A stretch of DNA of 64,000 bases, from the NCBI GenBank assembly GCA_039934815.1, contig JBDTLL010000001.1:1010-65009 (forward strand). Direction: 5' to 3'. The position numbers and the translations under genes are program-made. The notes under the pieces are model-generated. The model had not been told where the DNA came from. It saw only the letters and a list, made by a program, of their open reading frames with translations, and searched no databases. The first letter of the stretch is position 1; every line of letters starts with the position of its first letter. Positions 61,084-64,000 of the stretch are shown piece by piece. This DNA is from Daejeonella sp. Lineage in GTDB: Bacteria > Bacteroidota > Bacteroidia > Sphingobacteriales > Sphingobacteriaceae.

Positions 61084-62811
61084 TCAGTCATTCAGCTGCG
61101 CACTTTTTTTAACTATTAAATGGATCACAGAATCCAATTGTTGCATCGCTTTTTCCATATAGTCGCAAATTTCATTATTGTGTTCACCAATAATTTCTTT
61201 TCGGTCAATCAGGCTTAATAAACCAAGCATAGACGCCACCGGACCTCTAATTTCATGTGAGGTTAATGCGGTAATTTCTTTAAGAATTTTGTTTTGATTT
61301 AGTATTTTTTCTTCAAAATTCAGCCTTTCAGTAACATCATGCGCAAAGCAACTGGCTCCAATTACTTCATTCTTTGAATCGTAAATGGGATTAAAGCTTA
61401 ACTCAACTTTTTTAAATTCTCCATTATCCAGTGGCGAAGCTTCGATAGCAGAAAATTCCTCGCCGTTCAAAGCCCGATCATAATATTCCTTCCAGTTTTC
61501 GGCAATTGCGGGAGTTAATTTTTTGAAAAATAATTTTTTCCCCAGCACCGGATAATGGCCTGTTATTTTTTTCATGGATTCCCTGAAAACTTTATTGGCG
61601 GATATAAGAATCCTGTTTTTATCTATAGACCAAATCAGGTCACGTGTATTGTTAAACAGGTTATTTAAATTTTTTTCACTTAATTCAAGTGCTTTTCGTT
61701 GATTTCGTTCTTGAGTTATATCTCTGCCAACTCCTTGTAATTCAACAACTACATTGTCAAGGTTGGTAATCGCAACAAATTCCCATGTGGCCCAAAATCT
61801 TTCGCCGGAAGAGCTAAGTTTTTGGTGAGTTAAGTTTACAATTTGCCCCGGCTTTTTTATGCATTCCGCAATTGTTTTCTCGCAGAGTTTATAATCCTCT
61901 GGTATAGTTGTCATGGTAAAATGACTCCCGATTAATTCTTCTTCAGAATACCCTAAACGAGTAGCTAAACGCTGATTGACAAAGGTGAAATAACCCTTTG
62001 TATCAAGCCTCAGCAAAAAATTATTGTGTGAATTTACCAGGGATATTAACAATTTTTCTCGTTTAATAACTTCTTCGCCGGCTTTTACACGACCCGTTAC
62101 ATCGGTTGCCAGAACAATTTCCGCGTCCTTTCCGTCATAAATTAACCTATGACTTGAGACATCCACCCAAATTAAACTGCCATCTTTTTTCTTATGCTGC
62201 CAGTAACCACCTTCTCTAAAACTATCGTTAAAATGTTTTAAGTGATAATCAAATCTTTCTTTCCCTTCATTAGTGCCAATATCATAAACACTCATTTTAA
62301 GAAATTCGTCCTTGCTGTAGCCGTAATTAGTAATAGCGGCATTATTTACTGCCAGAAATTTTAATGTTTTTACATCAAAAATCCACAAGGGATTGGGATG
62401 ATTGCTAAAAAGATATCGGTATGATTCTTCAGACTTAAGAAGCTTTATTTCAAGCTCCTTTTTTTTGCTGATATCTGTAGTTGTGCCAGTTAAAATCCCG
62501 GGCTTAGATTCATCAGCGCCTATGCGGATAATTTTTTCAACTACCCATTTAATTTCCTTGCTTGTAACTATGCGGTACTCAATCTCGGCCTTATCAAATA
62601 AAAAAACCTTTTCAAACTCAGTTTCATATAATTCCCGGTCTTCCGGATGAATGAGTTGTTGCTTTAAATCCGGCTCTTCCAGAATTCTTTCCAGGGAGAT
62701 TCCCCATATTTCAGCAAGTTTTTGATTGACGTACAGGTACTTTTTTGTTAAAAGATCATAAGACCAAACCGCATCATTTATTGAAGTCAGTAATTCCTCA
62801 AGTTGAAACAT
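61084..62811 (-). CDS. Multi-PAS sensor ending in a HisKA-like helix pair, no HATPase
   Basis: Four PAS/PAC repeats, then SHEIRGPVASMLGL; stop about 55 aa later. Confidence 0.82.
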   Translation of the reverse strand: MFQLEELLTSINDAVWSYDLLTKKYLYVNQKLAEIWGISLERILEEPDLKQQLIHPEDRELYETEFEKVFLFDKAEIEYRIVTSKEIKWVVEKIIRIGADESKPGILTGTTTDISKKKELEIKLLKSEESYRYLFSNHPNPLWIFDVKTLKFLAVNNAAITNYGYSKDEFLKMSVYDIGTNEGKERFDYHLKHFNDSFREGGYWQHKKKDGSLIWVDVSSHRLIYDGKDAEIVLATDVTGRVKAGEEVIKREKLLISLVNSHNNFLLRLDTKGYFTFVNQRLATRLGYSEEELIGSHFTMTTIPEDYKLCEKTIAECIKKPGQIVNLTHQKLSSSGERFWATWEFVAITNLDNVVVELQGVGRDITQERNQRKALELSEKNLNNLFNNTRDLIWSIDKNRILISANKVFRESMKKITGHYPVLGKKLFFKKLTPAIAENWKEYYDRALNGEEFSAIEASPLDNGEFKKVELSFNPIYDSKNEVIGASCFAHDVTERLNFEEKILNQNKILKEITALTSHEIRGPVASMLGLLSLIDRKEIIGEHNNEICDYMEKAMQQLDSVIHLIVKKSAQLND

Positions 62812-62872
62812 ATCACCAATTCTAATGGTCCGGTTACCTGAATAATTCTTGGTGATTCTAATTTAACAATTA

Positions 62873-63193
62873 TTACTCAACAATTACCGCGGTTCCGCTG
62901 GCACTAACCATTAACATACTTCCGGCTTTGCCCAGAGTTTCATAGTCCAGATCAACAGACAATATGGCATTGGCGCCTAATTGCAATGCTTGTTCCTGCA
63001 TTTCCCGGAGAGCAATTTCTTTAGCTTCCCGCAATCCTCGCTCATAAGAACCTGCTCGTCCGCCAACAATATCGCGAATGCCGGCAAAAAAATCTTTTAC
63101 AATATTGGCTCCGATGATCGCTTCGCCGGATACAATTCCAATATATCTGGTCACTCTTTTTCCGTCTATATTATTTGTTGTAGTAACTATCAT
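62873..63193 (-). CDS. YbjQ/UPF0145 family protein
   Basis: [28 protein letters not shown]. Confidence 0.93.
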   Translation of the reverse strand: MIVTTTNNIDGKRVTRYIGIVSGEAIIGANIVKDFFAGIRDIVGGRAGSYERGLREAKEIALREMQEQALQLGANAILSVDLDYETLGKAGSMLMVSASGTAVIVE

Positions 63194-63211
63194 AATTGAA
63201 AATTCTTAATG

Positions 63212-63745
63212 TTAAAGTAATTTATCCGCAACTTCATTCCAGTTATTTACACGTTCATATTGAGTGATCAACATGTTATGGGGCGAGGTAAATAAAAGTT
63301 TGCGCCCGTTAAACAGATGGAAGTTTTTTATCCGGTCGTCAATTAAAATATCTGTATTTACAATTTTATCCCCACAAAAAATAATATTAGTCCAGCTGAT
63401 AAATGGAAAATGTTCTTCCAGCCAATCATATTTATCTCGAAGAGAATTTCTGAATTCCAAAGCCGCAGAAACAATGTAAACATCATATTTTTCCTGTAGA
63501 GCAAGCATCACTTGCTGACTATTTTCAATAACGGGCAAGTCTTTAAAAAAACCTTCTTCGTTTATATAGTCGTTCCACTTATCACGTGCGTGTTCCGGCA
63601 CATGGTGATACATTTCGTTCCCCGGACTTATTTTTAAGTCGAGTGGAACATTGTAATCGCGGTTATAGAGGCTGATGAATTTTGAAAGCGGATCTGCCAG
63701 AACTTCATCCATATCTACTGCCAGACGTAATTTTTTTTGGTTCAT
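63212..63745 (-). CDS. 5'(3')-deoxyribonucleotidase (HAD)
   Basis: VDMDEVLAD, WLEEHFP, ILIDD; ATG 63745 preferred over TTG 63751. Confidence 0.9.
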   Translation of the reverse strand: MNQKKLRLAVDMDEVLADPLSKFISLYNRDYNVPLDLKISPGNEMYHHVPEHARDKWNDYINEEGFFKDLPVIENSQQVMLALQEKYDVYIVSAALEFRNSLRDKYDWLEEHFPFISWTNIIFCGDKIVNTDILIDDRIKNFHLFNGRKLLFTSPHNMLITQYERVNNWNEVADKLL

Positions 63746-63788
63746 GCTCAAAAATAAGGTATTACATTTTTTAAATAAGAATTATTTA

Positions 63789-63796
63789 TATCTTTG
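63789..63796 (+). promoter_or_regulatory. Bacteroidota -7 element upstream of rpsP
   Basis: TATCTTTG followed by CA, matches TAnnTTTG. Confidence 0.7.
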
Positions 63797-63850
63797 CAGC
63801 CCCGCAGAATAGACTCCGGGACATATGTTGAATACATAAATTACTAAAAA

Positions 63851-64000
63851 ATGGCAACTAAAATCAGATTGCAAAGATTCGGTAAAAAGGGAAAACCTTT
63901 TTATCACGTAGTGGTAGCAGACGCTCGTGCTCCAAGAGATGGTAAATTCATCGAAAGATTAGGTTCTTACAACCCAAACACTAACCCGGCTACAATTGAA
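63851..64000 (+). CDS. rpsP: 30S ribosomal protein S16 (3' truncated by window; not in the ORF track)
   Basis: Translates as [50 protein letters not shown]. Confidence 0.97.
   Translation, partial: MATKIRLQRFGKKGKPFYHVVVADARAPRDGKFIERLGSYNPNTNPATIE

Noticed and set aside
1-64000. Short antisense or alternate-frame ORFs in the ORF track (e.g. 6072-6368, 19375-19728, 36401-36757, 56360-56827)
   Set aside because: They overlap well-supported genes or promoter regions and show no recognisable motifs; treated as shadow ORFs.

Overview
AT-rich chromosomal segment of a Bacteroidota genome. Gene set, TAnnTTTG-type promoters and protein styles point to Sphingobacteriaceae (Pedobacter/Daejeonella-like); this is an inference. 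Most of it is housekeeping: polA end, glgA-glgC, fumC, hisS, ybeY, mnmG, nadB/nadA, thiL, rmuC, apaG, dusB, cdsA, mfd, ftsH, rsfS, birA, dsbD, pfkA, gmhA and the start of rpsP. No rRNA, tRNA, CRISPR, transposase or integrase was seen. Two things stand out. (1) The window looks origin-proximal: two tandem parS palindromes sit just upstream of mnmG, and the nadB-nadA divergent spacer carries DnaA-box-like 9-mers plus a tandem-box/CCC/trio/AT-rich arrangement typical of oriC, with no dnaA in the window. (2) A co-oriented 7-gene accessory operon (44586-51018) encodes a small internally duplicated helical-hairpin protein, a 134-aa unknown, a predicted outer-membrane barrel, a multi-TM protein with a duplicated holin-like hairpin, a signal-less amidase-SH3, a non-canonical patatin and a Tle1/DUF2235 phospholipase. 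It has no T6SS, CBASS or phage genes. This is the best candidate for an undescribed trans-envelope secretion, lysis or conflict system. All calls come from reading motifs by eye; no searches were run.
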